Shown here: positions 19,469 through 29,048 of the stretch, in pieces
How the letters are laid out: every line of letters begins with the position of its first letter
Numbering within the stretch: position 1 is the stretch's first letter
From: a virus
Lineage: Duplodnaviria > Caudoviricetes
Virus record (IMG/VR): IMGVR_UViG_3300027971_000001
Strand: one strand, 5' to 3'
DNA: 64,000 nt
Made by a program: the position numbers and the translations under genes
Notes under the pieces: generated by a model
The model's database searches: none
What the model was told of the DNA's origin: nothing
What the model saw: only the letters and a program-made list of their open reading frames with translations

Positions 19469-20282
19469 ATGATGTCAAAATATCTGCGGCACGGCTTTTG
19501 AGTTGTGTTTGATACTGAACTTGTCCTTCCACTAATGTTGTTACGATTGTTGGTGGTACGACTTGAACATTTGTGGATTGGCTGTTTGGATTGTAATTTG
19601 AATAAAATTCATTTACTCTGAAGAAATCTGAAAATTCTTGTCGCAATTTTTGCGTAACATCATTTATACTTTTCATCATTCTTTGATAATGGTTATAATC
19701 AGGAATCATATTTTGTCCGTGTGATAAAGTATTTTCAGAAACTTTTTCTTGAAGATTAAATGATGAGTAACGGAAAAGACTATTAGAAGATTTTGAAAAG
19801 CTGGAGTTAACAATTTTGGCATTGTTACTGAGAGTATTTTCCATACCAGCACCATATAATGCAGGAACAGGAAGATTTTCCATATCTCGATCAGAAACCA
19901 ATTGAGTCGATGAATTCGTATAATTGCTCATTCGTGCCAATGATCCAACACAATCTGATGGATTTCTATTAATTGTGGCATTTGGTCCCATTTCTAATCT
20001 TACTTGGTCTTGTACTTCAGAATATGTTGTTTTGTATTGCTTCAACCAATGAACAACAAAATCTGTTTTAAGACTTTTTAAATCAAGATTTTTAAAAAAG
20101 TCTGTTTTTGCTTTTATCGGATCGTTTGCATAATCTGTTTTCAACCACTCTAGATGAACATCCAATTCTTTAGGAAGATTACCAATATAATCCAAATAAT
20201 TTGATGCAGACTTGTAAAAATCTTTTTTAAAAAAAAGATTAACTGATACCATTTCTGGATCTATTGTTTTAATATTATTCAT
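19428..20282 (-). CDS. Hypothetical protein in the baseplate hub operon
   Basis: 284-aa ORF whose start overlaps the stop of the hub gene; no motif recognised. Confidence 0.45.
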   Translation of the reverse strand: MNNIKTIDPEMVSVNLFFKKDFYKSASNYLDYIGNLPKELDVHLEWLKTDYANDPIKAKTDFFKNLDLKSLKTDFVVHWLKQYKTTYSEVQDQVRLEMGPNATINRNPSDCVGSLARMSNYTNSSTQLVSDRDMENLPVPALYGAGMENTLSNNAKIVNSSFSKSSNSLFRYSSFNLQEKVSENTLSHGQNMIPDYNHYQRMMKSINDVTQKLRQEFSDFFRVNEFYSNYNPNSQSTNVQVVPPTIVTTLVEGQVQYQTQLKSRAADILTSFTNRRALDTVPIS

Positions 20283-21889
20283 GATACTTTACTGGTAAAT
20301 TTCGGATCTTTATAATTATAAGTTTTCACTGCAAAAATTTCATTGTAATATTTTTGATCCATGAACACATGTTCAACCCGAATGACCAAATATATACCCA
20401 AATTTTTATCATCGAAATAATTATCTGGTACACTGTTATGTCTTTGTATGCTTATGAATTGTCCCGCTTGACGACTTGTAACACCTTTAGTTCTGAATTT
20501 TATACAATTATTTAAAAATAATGAAGAACGCAATATGGCATTACGACCAAAAGAATATCTTTGAGTTTGACTTTCGCTGCTGATAGTGAAAATATTTTGT
20601 ATATTTTGTTGTTTGAGACGATATTGATTATTTGCAAGATTTGATGCGGGTGGTTTTCCACCAGATCCTTTTAAATTCTTAACATAATTGTTAATATAGG
20701 TTTGTTGTGCTGATTCAATATCATTGTTCGAAAAGTCTATACGGAATGTGTTTGTGCTGAAATTATGACTATGTACGGGATGTGAAACAATCTTTTCTTG
20801 AGTATCCTTTCCTGAAATGTTGGTAAATTCATATTGATTTAATATACTGGAATCATTAAAAGTCATCATGTTTCCGGCAAAATCTGGAACTCTGGATTGA
20901 ACTGTGGAGGTTGTAGAATCGTCCATAGGCATGCCAAGGAAAAAACTTTCGAGCAGGGAGGGTCCAGCCGATTCACTTAAACCAAATTGAGATAAAGAAG
21001 GAGAATTTATGAATGCGGAACTGAACAAATCTTTAAAACTTTGCAATTTCCATTCTTCAGTATATCTTTCCAATCGCAAATAACAGTTGTCATAATCAGA
21101 TTCAGACGAACTTACATGATAATCCAACAGATAATTCAAATCATCTATTGCTTTATATTGTGCAGGACTGCTATAAAATAATGTGCTTCCTCCAACATCC
21201 CATTTTCTAGAAATTTTAGGATTATATCCTTCTTCTGCATTAAAAACCTTTTTGATAAGATTTTGAATCGCAGTTCCTGTCGGTATTCCCCTATCCTGAT
21301 TTGACAATTTAATAACTTCTTTGTTATCAAGATAATCGGATGTTGAAAAATATGCCTGTTTTTCATTCATTATTTGATAAGTCACATCATGAAAATAAAG
21401 CTTTTTATATTTTTCATTTAAAGTATTTCCCCGAATATCTTCAGAATTATAAATTGAAAAGGTAAAACGCATATTAAAAACAATTTTATCTTTTTCATTC
21501 ATTTCACCTTTTTTAATTGTTCCAGGTTTAATTTCTGGCATGATATCAACAATTAGAAAATCCCTTGCATCACCTCTATAACGATATCCTTTGCCTACTG
21601 TTCCATTTAATGTTCCATCAACTAATGATGGAGTTTGAGAATAGCCTGGTTGCAGTGAATTTAATGATTCAATAACATCGAATTTATTATCGTAAATTAA
21701 ATAACCTTCCTGATAGAAATTGCTGATATCGTCTTCAATATACAAAGTTTTGATTGCAGATTGTTTGATGCGCACCACATCATAATCAGGATTAAACAAT
21801 AAAATGTTATAATAATATAAAATATCATTGATCTGAACAACCTGATCATTATAATTTTGAAGGTTGCTAATCGGGGCGGGCAAACTCAT
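20279..21889 (-). CDS. Putative baseplate hub protein (gp27/late-control-D-like)
   Basis: 536 aa; C-terminal GVTSRQAGQFISI...LGIYLVIRVEHVF pattern typical of contractile-tail hub proteins; downstream of gp53. Confidence 0.6.
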   Translation of the reverse strand: MSLPAPISNLQNYNDQVVQINDILYYYNILLFNPDYDVVRIKQSAIKTLYIEDDISNFYQEGYLIYDNKFDVIESLNSLQPGYSQTPSLVDGTLNGTVGKGYRYRGDARDFLIVDIMPEIKPGTIKKGEMNEKDKIVFNMRFTFSIYNSEDIRGNTLNEKYKKLYFHDVTYQIMNEKQAYFSTSDYLDNKEVIKLSNQDRGIPTGTAIQNLIKKVFNAEEGYNPKISRKWDVGGSTLFYSSPAQYKAIDDLNYLLDYHVSSSESDYDNCYLRLERYTEEWKLQSFKDLFSSAFINSPSLSQFGLSESAGPSLLESFFLGMPMDDSTTSTVQSRVPDFAGNMMTFNDSSILNQYEFTNISGKDTQEKIVSHPVHSHNFSTNTFRIDFSNNDIESAQQTYINNYVKNLKGSGGKPPASNLANNQYRLKQQNIQNIFTISSESQTQRYSFGRNAILRSSLFLNNCIKFRTKGVTSRQAGQFISIQRHNSVPDNYFDDKNLGIYLVIRVEHVFMDQKYYNEIFAVKTYNYKDPKFTSKVS

Positions 21890-22257
21890 AAGTTAATATT
21901 TTTTTGTATTATATTTAAGACTGTTGCCAAATAATTTTTTCTAATAACTTTAAGTTCAGCTCCAGGTTCAACAAATTTTATAGGATTGTTTATTTTATTT
22001 ACAAGACATATGAACCACCACAAGTCTATTGTTCCATATTGTTCATAACTTATGGTTGTCCACGGTATTTTTCGGTTTAATTTTATTATATAATAAAATT
22101 GTTGATCAATATTGTCTGGAACAATAATATTATTCAAAATATTATAAAAATAAATAGAATTCGGATCTTTATACAATTTAAAAATATTTTCATACCGTGT
22201 TGAATCCAAAGGAAACAAATCCGGGATATCATTTTGTTGTTTTCCAAAATCTATCAT
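21886..22257 (-). CDS. gp53: Baseplate wedge protein gp53-like (LysM-like fold)
   Basis: WTTISYEQYGTIDLWWFICLVNKINNP matches the gp53 pattern. Confidence 0.8.
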   Translation of the reverse strand: MIDFGKQQNDIPDLFPLDSTRYENIFKLYKDPNSIYFYNILNNIIVPDNIDQQFYYIIKLNRKIPWTTISYEQYGTIDLWWFICLVNKINNPIKFVEPGAELKVIRKNYLATVLNIIQKNINL

Positions 22258-22259
22258 AA

Positions 22260-23492
22260 TTATATTCCTCCTGTGGTAGTTACACTTACAGGATCTGCAT
22301 TTAATGATGTGTAAAGGAAATTACGAGTTTCAGAAACCAATCCTTTAAGTGTGATTTGTATGCTATAACCATCTGGAATAATTGTATTAACACTGTTTTG
22401 ACCTTGACCCAGACTGCTTTCATCCTTGAATGTTATATTCATTGGACGGCGAGATCCCTGGAATTGAACTTCCAATCTGCTCACATAAGCATATGGCATA
22501 TATTTTATACCTGGAAGTGAAACTTCATAAATTACAGGCGGTTCAATCAAATCTCGTGTAAAACGAATAGGACGGTTTTGATAAACCATAAGATATATGA
22601 ATTGCCAATTTCTTACTACATCCTCATAAGTGGCATGACCAGTATTCAAAAGAGGAAATTGGATGGTAACCTCATCTCCGCTATCTTGGAATTGATAAAA
22701 TTTAGGTTTTTCAATATATGTTCCTGGTTCCATTATATTGATTGCTCCGGCCATACTTTCAGCCAATGCCCGACTTCCTGCTACAAGTTCTGATGCTCCT
22801 CCTGCAAATATACCCTCTCCTATACCTCCTACATTTGCATCACCAAAGTCATTTGAAACACCATTTTGATAATCTTCAAAATAAGGAAGAACGTATTCCC
22901 ATCCTGTAGGTTCTGTAATATATAAACCTTCATAAACACGCAACACATTTCGAGAACCTTGATTTTGAGGAAGACTAAAAAGACCATCACCTCCTAAGAA
23001 ATTATTGAATTTTTCTTTAGCTCCACCTATTAATGAACCGAGTTTGTCTATCGTACTTCCGGTAGGTCCAGATTGAAGAAAATTCTGAACTTTTTGAAGC
23101 TGTTCGCTCAATTGACCTTGTGTAACAGTATCCAAAGATCGTCCTGCCCTTTGCAACAATCCAGTTTTATCAAACAAACCTACAGTCATTGAGTTATAAG
23201 CCGCTTGAGCAATAAGTGCATTCGTTTTTAGACGTTTTTCACTTAAAGCAATATAAGGAACTTCTTCTCGCTTGGTTAAAGGGGTATGAGTCCAATATAA
23301 ACCATTTATAACATCAACAAGAAATTTATCACCTATTCGAAGACGTTGTGAGGATCCTTGTGCAATCGAAGATCCTACAGAATAACCAGCTCCTACCAAA
23401 ACAGGAGGAGCTGAATCGCCAGTAACATCCCTTCCTTCAAAATTGATGGGATTGTCTGCAAATTTCCAAATATCTCCTACAAAATCTGACAT
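22260..23492 (-). CDS. Putative tail-tube initiator/cap (gp48/gp54-like)
   Basis: VTIQFPLLNT...IEPPVIYEVSLPGIKYMPYAYVSRLEVQF; position between tape measure and gp53 fits a tube initiator. Confidence 0.55.
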   Translation of the reverse strand: MSDFVGDIWKFADNPINFEGRDVTGDSAPPVLVGAGYSVGSSIAQGSSQRLRIGDKFLVDVINGLYWTHTPLTKREEVPYIALSEKRLKTNALIAQAAYNSMTVGLFDKTGLLQRAGRSLDTVTQGQLSEQLQKVQNFLQSGPTGSTIDKLGSLIGGAKEKFNNFLGGDGLFSLPQNQGSRNVLRVYEGLYITEPTGWEYVLPYFEDYQNGVSNDFGDANVGGIGEGIFAGGASELVAGSRALAESMAGAINIMEPGTYIEKPKFYQFQDSGDEVTIQFPLLNTGHATYEDVVRNWQFIYLMVYQNRPIRFTRDLIEPPVIYEVSLPGIKYMPYAYVSRLEVQFQGSRRPMNITFKDESSLGQGQNSVNTIIPDGYSIQITLKGLVSETRNFLYTSLNADPVSVTTTGGI

Positions 23493-23494
23493 AA

Positions 23495-25381
23495 TTAATT
23501 ACCTCTGTATCCTTTTCTCAAATCAAAAACTGAAGTTGATTGGGGAAAACTGTTTTGTGTGCTTTGGTTGATAACATTATTGACAACATTCTTTCCGTTT
23601 GCCAATTGTTCCATCAACATATCAAATTTTTGATTTAATGTTTTGAATTCACGCAATTGATCTACTGCTATCTTGTTGTTAACAGTATTTGTTTTATTGA
23701 GATTGCCCATTTGATCACCAAACATTGAAAAAGCTTCAGACGGATTGTTTTCAATTTTAGATACTAAATTTTCAAAATTAAACCCATTTGTTTTATTTAA
23801 ATTATTCATTTCATCGGTGAACACTGAAAAAGGTTTTGATAAATCATTTAAATTTCTATTAGCCATATTTGTTTCTGAAGAAACATCAAATATAGGCGTT
23901 GTAGCAACTGCAGGTGTAGGCATTTCTGTTATTTGTGATTCTGATGCTATGGCTTTTAATTCCTCACCTACTTTTTTCATGAAAGGAATCTGGGATATTT
24001 TGTCAGCCAAAGACTTTATACCATCCCAAATCATGACAAAAAAGTTCTTTATATAACCAAAGAATTTTGATGCCAATGATGCTATTTCTTTCATTAACGG
24101 TGCAATATATTCAAAGGTTTTTTTAAGAATATTAAACGCACCGACAACAGGACCGCCTAAAAGATTTAATATTGGAGTTATGTATGGACCAAATTTTTCC
24201 CCTATAGCTTTAAAAAGATTTATAATAGGATCAAAAATATTTCCTATTCTTTTTGCGATAGCTGTGTAAAATTTTCCTAAATCAAATCTATCAAAGAAAT
24301 CACTAATTTTCTTTCCCAGATCTTTATCAAACCAACCTATAATCCAACCAACTATTTTTCCGGGTATGGAAATGATTACAGATGAAAGTTGATTTCCTAT
24401 TTGTGACAATCCTTGTAACCATTTTCCTTCCCGAAACGGCTTAAATATCTCTTCTATCCGATCCCTGATAGTTTCAAACTTAAAAAGATCCAAACCAAAA
24501 ATTTCAAAGAAATCAAAAAAGTTTAACAATCCTTTTGTAAGACCTGTAACTACTTTTTGAAGAAATGATTTGTCTTTAAGCTTAGGATCATTAAATGCTT
24601 CAACCAATCCAACAATAACTTCAAAAAGAGCCAAAACAGGTCCTAAAATTTTACCAACCAACCTTCCTATTTTGGATCCAACTTGAAAAACTTTAAATGC
24701 TATTCTTATATAATCTTCAAACAATCTAAAAAAGGTCGGAAATGCTTTCATCATAAGCAAAGGACCTTTTCCACCTTCAACTATTTTGAAAACTCTTCCT
24801 ATAGTTTCAAACAATTTAGCTATAGGTTTAATAACCTTTTCTTTTAAAGCATCTTCAATAAATTTTACAAATTTTGTTTCACGTATAGGTTTTAACAATT
24901 CAAGAATTTTAAGTTTTATAGCAGAAAAAATTTCTTTTATGAATTTTCCTAATTTGGTTTCACTTAAAAATAATTTTAATCCTTTTAACATCTTTACTAT
25001 TTCTGCAATAGCTCCGGATACAATACCAGCTAAAAGTGCAAGTGCACCTAAAAGTGCTTTTATCCACTTATTAGATTTTTCTTCAATTTTTGCCAATGTA
25101 GGTGAAAGAACAAGATCTTTAATTTCTTTTTGTTTAAATTCAGGTCTTCCCACTTTTTCTTCACCTTTGGGAAATACAATATCTTTGATTGATTTGGCAA
25201 GAATTTTCGACATTGTTTCCCACCGACGTTTTTCAGTAGTTGAAAGAGTAGAAGACAATTTATCGTCCTCATTTACTATAGTATCCCCCTTTTCATCCCC
25301 CTTCTTTCTGTCAAAAGAAGCCAATTTATCTACTGTTTGGGATAAGGTTTTTAAGAGATTGATTGTCTCTTCATTAGTCAT
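23495..25381 (-). CDS. Putative tape measure protein (gp29-like)
   Basis: 628 aa of amphipathic helical, aromatic-spaced segments with hydrophobic stretches; follows gp26/gp51-like genes. Confidence 0.6.
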   Translation of the reverse strand: MTNEETINLLKTLSQTVDKLASFDRKKGDEKGDTIVNEDDKLSSTLSTTEKRRWETMSKILAKSIKDIVFPKGEEKVGRPEFKQKEIKDLVLSPTLAKIEEKSNKWIKALLGALALLAGIVSGAIAEIVKMLKGLKLFLSETKLGKFIKEIFSAIKLKILELLKPIRETKFVKFIEDALKEKVIKPIAKLFETIGRVFKIVEGGKGPLLMMKAFPTFFRLFEDYIRIAFKVFQVGSKIGRLVGKILGPVLALFEVIVGLVEAFNDPKLKDKSFLQKVVTGLTKGLLNFFDFFEIFGLDLFKFETIRDRIEEIFKPFREGKWLQGLSQIGNQLSSVIISIPGKIVGWIIGWFDKDLGKKISDFFDRFDLGKFYTAIAKRIGNIFDPIINLFKAIGEKFGPYITPILNLLGGPVVGAFNILKKTFEYIAPLMKEIASLASKFFGYIKNFFVMIWDGIKSLADKISQIPFMKKVGEELKAIASESQITEMPTPAVATTPIFDVSSETNMANRNLNDLSKPFSVFTDEMNNLNKTNGFNFENLVSKIENNPSEAFSMFGDQMGNLNKTNTVNNKIAVDQLREFKTLNQKFDMLMEQLANGKNVVNNVINQSTQNSFPQSTSVFDLRKGYRGN

Positions 25382-25408
25382 CCAAAATATTTATTAAAAA
25401 ATATCTTT

Positions 25409-26185
25409 TTAGACGTTAGAGAAGAAACTTGTATCTAGGTTCAAATCAACAGTTTGCTCACCTATTTTCTGGCTGGTTATATTATTTTCCAAATTCTTGA
25501 TATTTGCAATAAATCCGAGTATCTTTTGAACCAAAGAAGCCGTTAAACTTTCAACTGTCTTTATATTTTGAGCCACTGTTTGACTTTTAAGATCAATAAC
25601 AATCGGTTCTTTTTCTGTTAGTTCTATACTGGTTATATACTTGGCAATTTCCAGTATATAAATTTCACTAAGAAGCTTTTGAATCTTTGAATCATTTTCA
25701 AATTCTGCAGAACGATACTTCAGATAGGAATCCAAAGTCTTATTCTCATATTCAATTGTTGGTACCGAACAGTTAACTGTAATAGGACCTTGAGAAAAAG
25801 TTTCATTATATTTTACTTCAATATTTTTATCAAAATTATCCAATATGGTTTGAAGATTTACCTCGATATTTTGACCATCCTTTTCAATCTTTTGATTAGG
25901 ACCAAAAGAATGAACACGCAATGCCAATACAATCAATGCCCGGTCACTAACAAGCATGTTTTTATCCTCACCATTATCCAAAAGAATGCTGTTTACTGCT
26001 TTAGGATACAAGAAAGCTGCCTTAGAACCTGATGCAGCAGCTTCAATCAGATCCTTTTGTTGCTTGGCAGTAAGCGGTGTGAACTTGCGAGTTTCTTTTT
26101 TGCTCAATACAAGACAATCCACCTTGTCTGAATTGGAATACTCTTTTAATTTACTTAAAACTTTATCTAAATTGACTTCTGCCAT
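25409..26185 (-). CDS. Baseplate hub assembly protein, gp26-like
   Basis: TRKFTPLTAKQQKDLIEAA resembles the gp26 motif; start reassigned to ATG 26185. Confidence 0.55.
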   Translation of the reverse strand: MAEVNLDKVLSKLKEYSNSDKVDCLVLSKKETRKFTPLTAKQQKDLIEAAASGSKAAFLYPKAVNSILLDNGEDKNMLVSDRALIVLALRVHSFGPNQKIEKDGQNIEVNLQTILDNFDKNIEVKYNETFSQGPITVNCSVPTIEYENKTLDSYLKYRSAEFENDSKIQKLLSEIYILEIAKYITSIELTEKEPIVIDLKSQTVAQNIKTVESLTASLVQKILGFIANIKNLENNITSQKIGEQTVDLNLDTSFFSNV

Positions 26186-26213
26186 AAAATTAATTAGCAA
26201 TCAAGCCTGTTTT

Positions 26214-27059
26214 TCAAGGGCTATTCTTTTTTTGCATCTCTTCTATTGTTTGTAATTCCTTTTTGTAAAGATTAAGATGCAATTCTGCTTCATTAATTGA
26301 CATATTTTGTAAATCGGATAGAGAAAAACGCAGTCTTCTTATCAAAATATACTCCAATTCATATATATTCATCAAATCATAGTTGAAAATGGCCAAAAGA
26401 TATTGAATTACAGACTCATTATATGGATTTAATGTTATATTTTTAAAATCTTTTATTTCAATATCTTCAAAAAGCTTAATTTGATCTAATAATTTTATTA
26501 TTTTTTGATTATATTTTAATATTTCACCGGAAAATGATGCATCCAACATGCTTAATATGTTTTGTTTATCGGAACTTTTTATATTTTTAAAATCTATTTG
26601 TTCATGATCCACCCTAAGATACTTTATATTACGAGAAATTACATCGAAATCCTCGTCAGATATCAAATTATAAGGAAGATCCACACAAAGTTCTATATTT
26701 TTATTATAAAAACATTCTTCTTGGCACTCTTTGATTGTACCGGAATAGTTTAGGATGCGATTTATACGATGTTTGTATGTTACAGGCTGATCTTTTTCAT
26801 TTTTTCCTGACAAAGTTATGGTATCACCATATGAATATGATCTTAATTGGCATAAAATAGCCAACATATCGATGATATTAAACCTTTTTTCGCCCTGAGA
26901 ATTGGCTTCTATGATGCTTTCCATGCATTTTGAAAACCCCAACACATCATTATTCTGTATGTATTTGCTGATGGTTTTGCTTGTGGAAAAGTCTATTTCC
27001 CGGAAATATTCGTATTTTCCAGTTGAAGGTATGAGCACCTTACAAAGAAAATTTTTCAT
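26214..27059 (-). CDS. Baseplate hub assembly protein, gp26-like with gp51-like C-terminus
   Basis: C-terminal IYELEYILIRRLRFSLSDLQNMSINEAELHLNLYKKE resembles gp51; N-terminal KVLIPSTGKYEYFREI resembles gp26. Confidence 0.55.
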   Translation of the reverse strand: MKNFLCKVLIPSTGKYEYFREIDFSTSKTISKYIQNNDVLGFSKCMESIIEANSQGEKRFNIIDMLAILCQLRSYSYGDTITLSGKNEKDQPVTYKHRINRILNYSGTIKECQEECFYNKNIELCVDLPYNLISDEDFDVISRNIKYLRVDHEQIDFKNIKSSDKQNILSMLDASFSGEILKYNQKIIKLLDQIKLFEDIEIKDFKNITLNPYNESVIQYLLAIFNYDLMNIYELEYILIRRLRFSLSDLQNMSINEAELHLNLYKKELQTIEEMQKKNSP

Positions 27060-27062
27060 AGA

Positions 27063-27986
27063 TTAAAAGAAACCTTGGAAATTCGTAGGCAGATTGGCAG
27101 ATGTAAAGCTATTTCCATTTTGGAAAGGTGAAACATTCGGAATTGTTCCAGTACTGATTCGATTAATGATGTTTGGAAGCGGAATATACAGATTGGAATG
27201 CACAGTATAATTGGTATAAGTCCAATATGTGGCATATTTCTCATATTCAGTATCAGGAGAATAGGTTAAACTTTGGTCAACAAGTCCGGTTGGAACACAA
27301 TTATAGAATGTCCAAACTTTACGAGGTATTTGACTGACTTTTTGATAAGAACGTGTGTATTGAAGAATTGTTACAGTACATTTTATGTTGCGTATATCGT
27401 TATCACCACCAGGACGTGCCACAAAACCATAATGACTGGCCAATATTACCCATGGACGAATGACCATGTCCATAAAAGATGTGTTTGTTTCTCGAAATTC
27501 AATAACAAGAGGCAACCCAGAATACCCTGTTCGGTCACCAGCAATAAGACCTGGAACAAATCCTCGATTATTTTTGATTGCTAGATTCTGAACATCATAT
27601 TTTTCATTAGGAATATTAACTCCTTGAGCAAAAAGACAGCCCACCACCTTTTGGTAAAAGTAACTTGTTAATATTCCTTTTGGTTGAGAAACGTCCCAAC
27701 CTTTTTTGTCTCCGCCTACATATTCAAGATTTTGAATAATGTCGGATGAAATAGCCCTTGGATATGTATCTATCAAAACAACCCATTGACTGTTTAAAGG
27801 AATTGAACTGAACCAACTCTCCATTTGTGTCAGGAAATATTCCTGTGCACTGATAAGGGGAACACCTGGTATATTGAAACCGAAAAGACTGCTTACTTGT
27901 GGAGCAAAAAGAGGATTTGTGCCAGTGGCCAAACCACGAATATTACTTCCTAAACTGCGTATAGCATCTGTTACTGGATTATTGAT
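27063..27986 (-). CDS. Tail-tube-fold protein (gp54/gp19-like); start uncertain (TTG 27932 or ATC 27986)
   Basis: LFAQGVNIP...LVIEFRETN...IRPW...WTFYNCVPT is a tube-fold pattern. The frame is open upstream to an ATC preceded by AGGAGG at 8 nt. Confidence 0.6.
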   Translation of the reverse strand: MNNPVTDAIRSLGSNIRGLATGTNPLFAPQVSSLFGFNIPGVPLISAQEYFLTQMESWFSSIPLNSQWVVLIDTYPRAISSDIIQNLEYVGGDKKGWDVSQPKGILTSYFYQKVVGCLFAQGVNIPNEKYDVQNLAIKNNRGFVPGLIAGDRTGYSGLPLVIEFRETNTSFMDMVIRPWVILASHYGFVARPGGDNDIRNIKCTVTILQYTRSYQKVSQIPRKVWTFYNCVPTGLVDQSLTYSPDTEYEKYATYWTYTNYTVHSNLYIPLPNIINRISTGTIPNVSPFQNGNSFTSANLPTNFQGFF

Positions 27987-27995
27987 ATGATTATC

Positions 27996-28016
27996 CTCCT
28001 CTAATATTTAGAGGAG
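27996..28016 (-). promoter_or_regulatory. 9-bp perfect hairpin containing TAAATA and sequestering most of an AGGAGG Shine-Dalgarno
   Basis: CTCCTCTAA-tat-TTAGAGGAG on +; on -, TAAATA at 28010-28005 and AGGAGG at 28000-27995. Confidence 0.6.
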
Positions 28017-28020
28017 TATA

Positions 28021-28572
28021 TTAACTTTGATAGGTTCTGCGGAAATATTGATAAGCAACAGTGACTGTGAATGTTACGAATTCACCACCATTGGTAATAT
28101 CATATTCCAGAGGTCCAACATTACGAGGAGAAACACCGACCAACTGATATTGCGAAACGCGATTCAATTGGTTGTCTAATTGAACCAAATCAATGACGGC
28201 TGTTTGCTTGGCGGCAAAATAGTTACCAGTGCTTGTGACATCATCAAAAACATCTCGTGTCCAATCTTCAAACTTTTGACGAAGATTGCTCTTTTGATCG
28301 CAATAAAATTCCATTGCATAAGCTTCGGAGCCAGGATATTTTGCACTACCAGGAATATGGAAATCCAATCCCATGTAAGGAACTGTTACTTCAGTGATTT
28401 CACGGGCAGGAAGTGAAGCGGTACGAACATAAACCAAATCATCTTCGTTCCAAACTTGGCTGCTTGAGTCACCCGCATTAATATTAATAACACGGAAATT
28501 AAATTTACGTGAAAAATCACGTTCAGTTACTATACGGTAAAAATTCTGAATTGTTTGTTGTGTGGCTGCCAT
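28021..28572 (-). CDS. gp19: Tail tube protein (gp19-like)
   Basis: YVRTASLPAREITEVTVPYMG...IPG...FYCD...LRQKFEDW...YQLVGVSPRNVGPLEYD...FTVTVAYQY; downstream of sheath. Confidence 0.9.
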   Translation of the reverse strand: MAATQQTIQNFYRIVTERDFSRKFNFRVININAGDSSSQVWNEDDLVYVRTASLPAREITEVTVPYMGLDFHIPGSAKYPGSEAYAMEFYCDQKSNLRQKFEDWTRDVFDDVTSTGNYFAAKQTAVIDLVQLDNQLNRVSQYQLVGVSPRNVGPLEYDITNGGEFVTFTVTVAYQYFRRTYQS

Positions 28573-28582
28573 ATATTATTAT

Positions 28583-28981
28583 TTATTCTAAAGTTAACAA
28601 ATACTTTAATTTATTTAGTTCTGCAACGATTTCTTCTACAATATTTTGTGCATCGGTGTCATTTGCATTTAAGATTGGACATTCTTTATTTGTTAAAATT
28701 CCTATATATTGATTTATTTTTGCCAAAATATTGTCATTAGAATATGGCTCTATAGTCAAATTTATGGGTTTATACTCGTAACTACGATAACGACCTAGTA
28801 AAGCTTCCACCAATTTATCAAAAGCTTTTGCTAAATCTTTTCCTATTTTATCAAACGCTTCGTGTTGGGCAAAGCTAAAAGTTTGCCAATGAAACAACTT
28901 TAACTGGGCACTGCATTCCAAAGCAAGAGTTATAATATATGAAGGATCGTAACTTTGTTGGATTTTAATTACTTTTATCAC
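28583..28981 (-). CDS. Dps/ferritin-like four-helix protein (DUF5856-like)
   Basis: LKLFHWQT...AQHEAFD...FDKLVEALLG resembles the Dps ferroxidase-helix pattern; start reassigned to GTG 28981, 5 nt after TATAAATA. Confidence 0.65.
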   Translation of the reverse strand: MIKVIKIQQSYDPSYIITLALECSAQLKLFHWQTFSFAQHEAFDKIGKDLAKAFDKLVEALLGRYRSYEYKPINLTIEPYSNDNILAKINQYIGILTNKECPILNANDTDAQNIVEEIVAELNKLKYLLTLE

Positions 28982-28993
28982 GTTTATATTTAT

Positions 28994-29028
28994 AACAAAA
29001 CACCCCTCTTTCAATAAGAGGGGTGTTT
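28994..29028 (-). terminator. Rho-independent terminator after the tail sheath gene
   Basis: 13-bp stem AAACACCCCTCTT/AAGAGGGGTGTTT with a 5-nt loop, followed by a T-rich run on the minus strand. Confidence 0.8.
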
Positions 29029-29048
29029 CATAATTTTATATATTATTA

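Noticed and set aside
24786-25397. 203-aa plus-strand ORF and similar antisense ORFs (e.g. 645-1007, 23745-24056, 29064-29396, 30169-30468, 47778-48119, 55502-55816)
   Set aside because: They lie fully opposite well-supported genes, lack start signals and read as antisense shadows.
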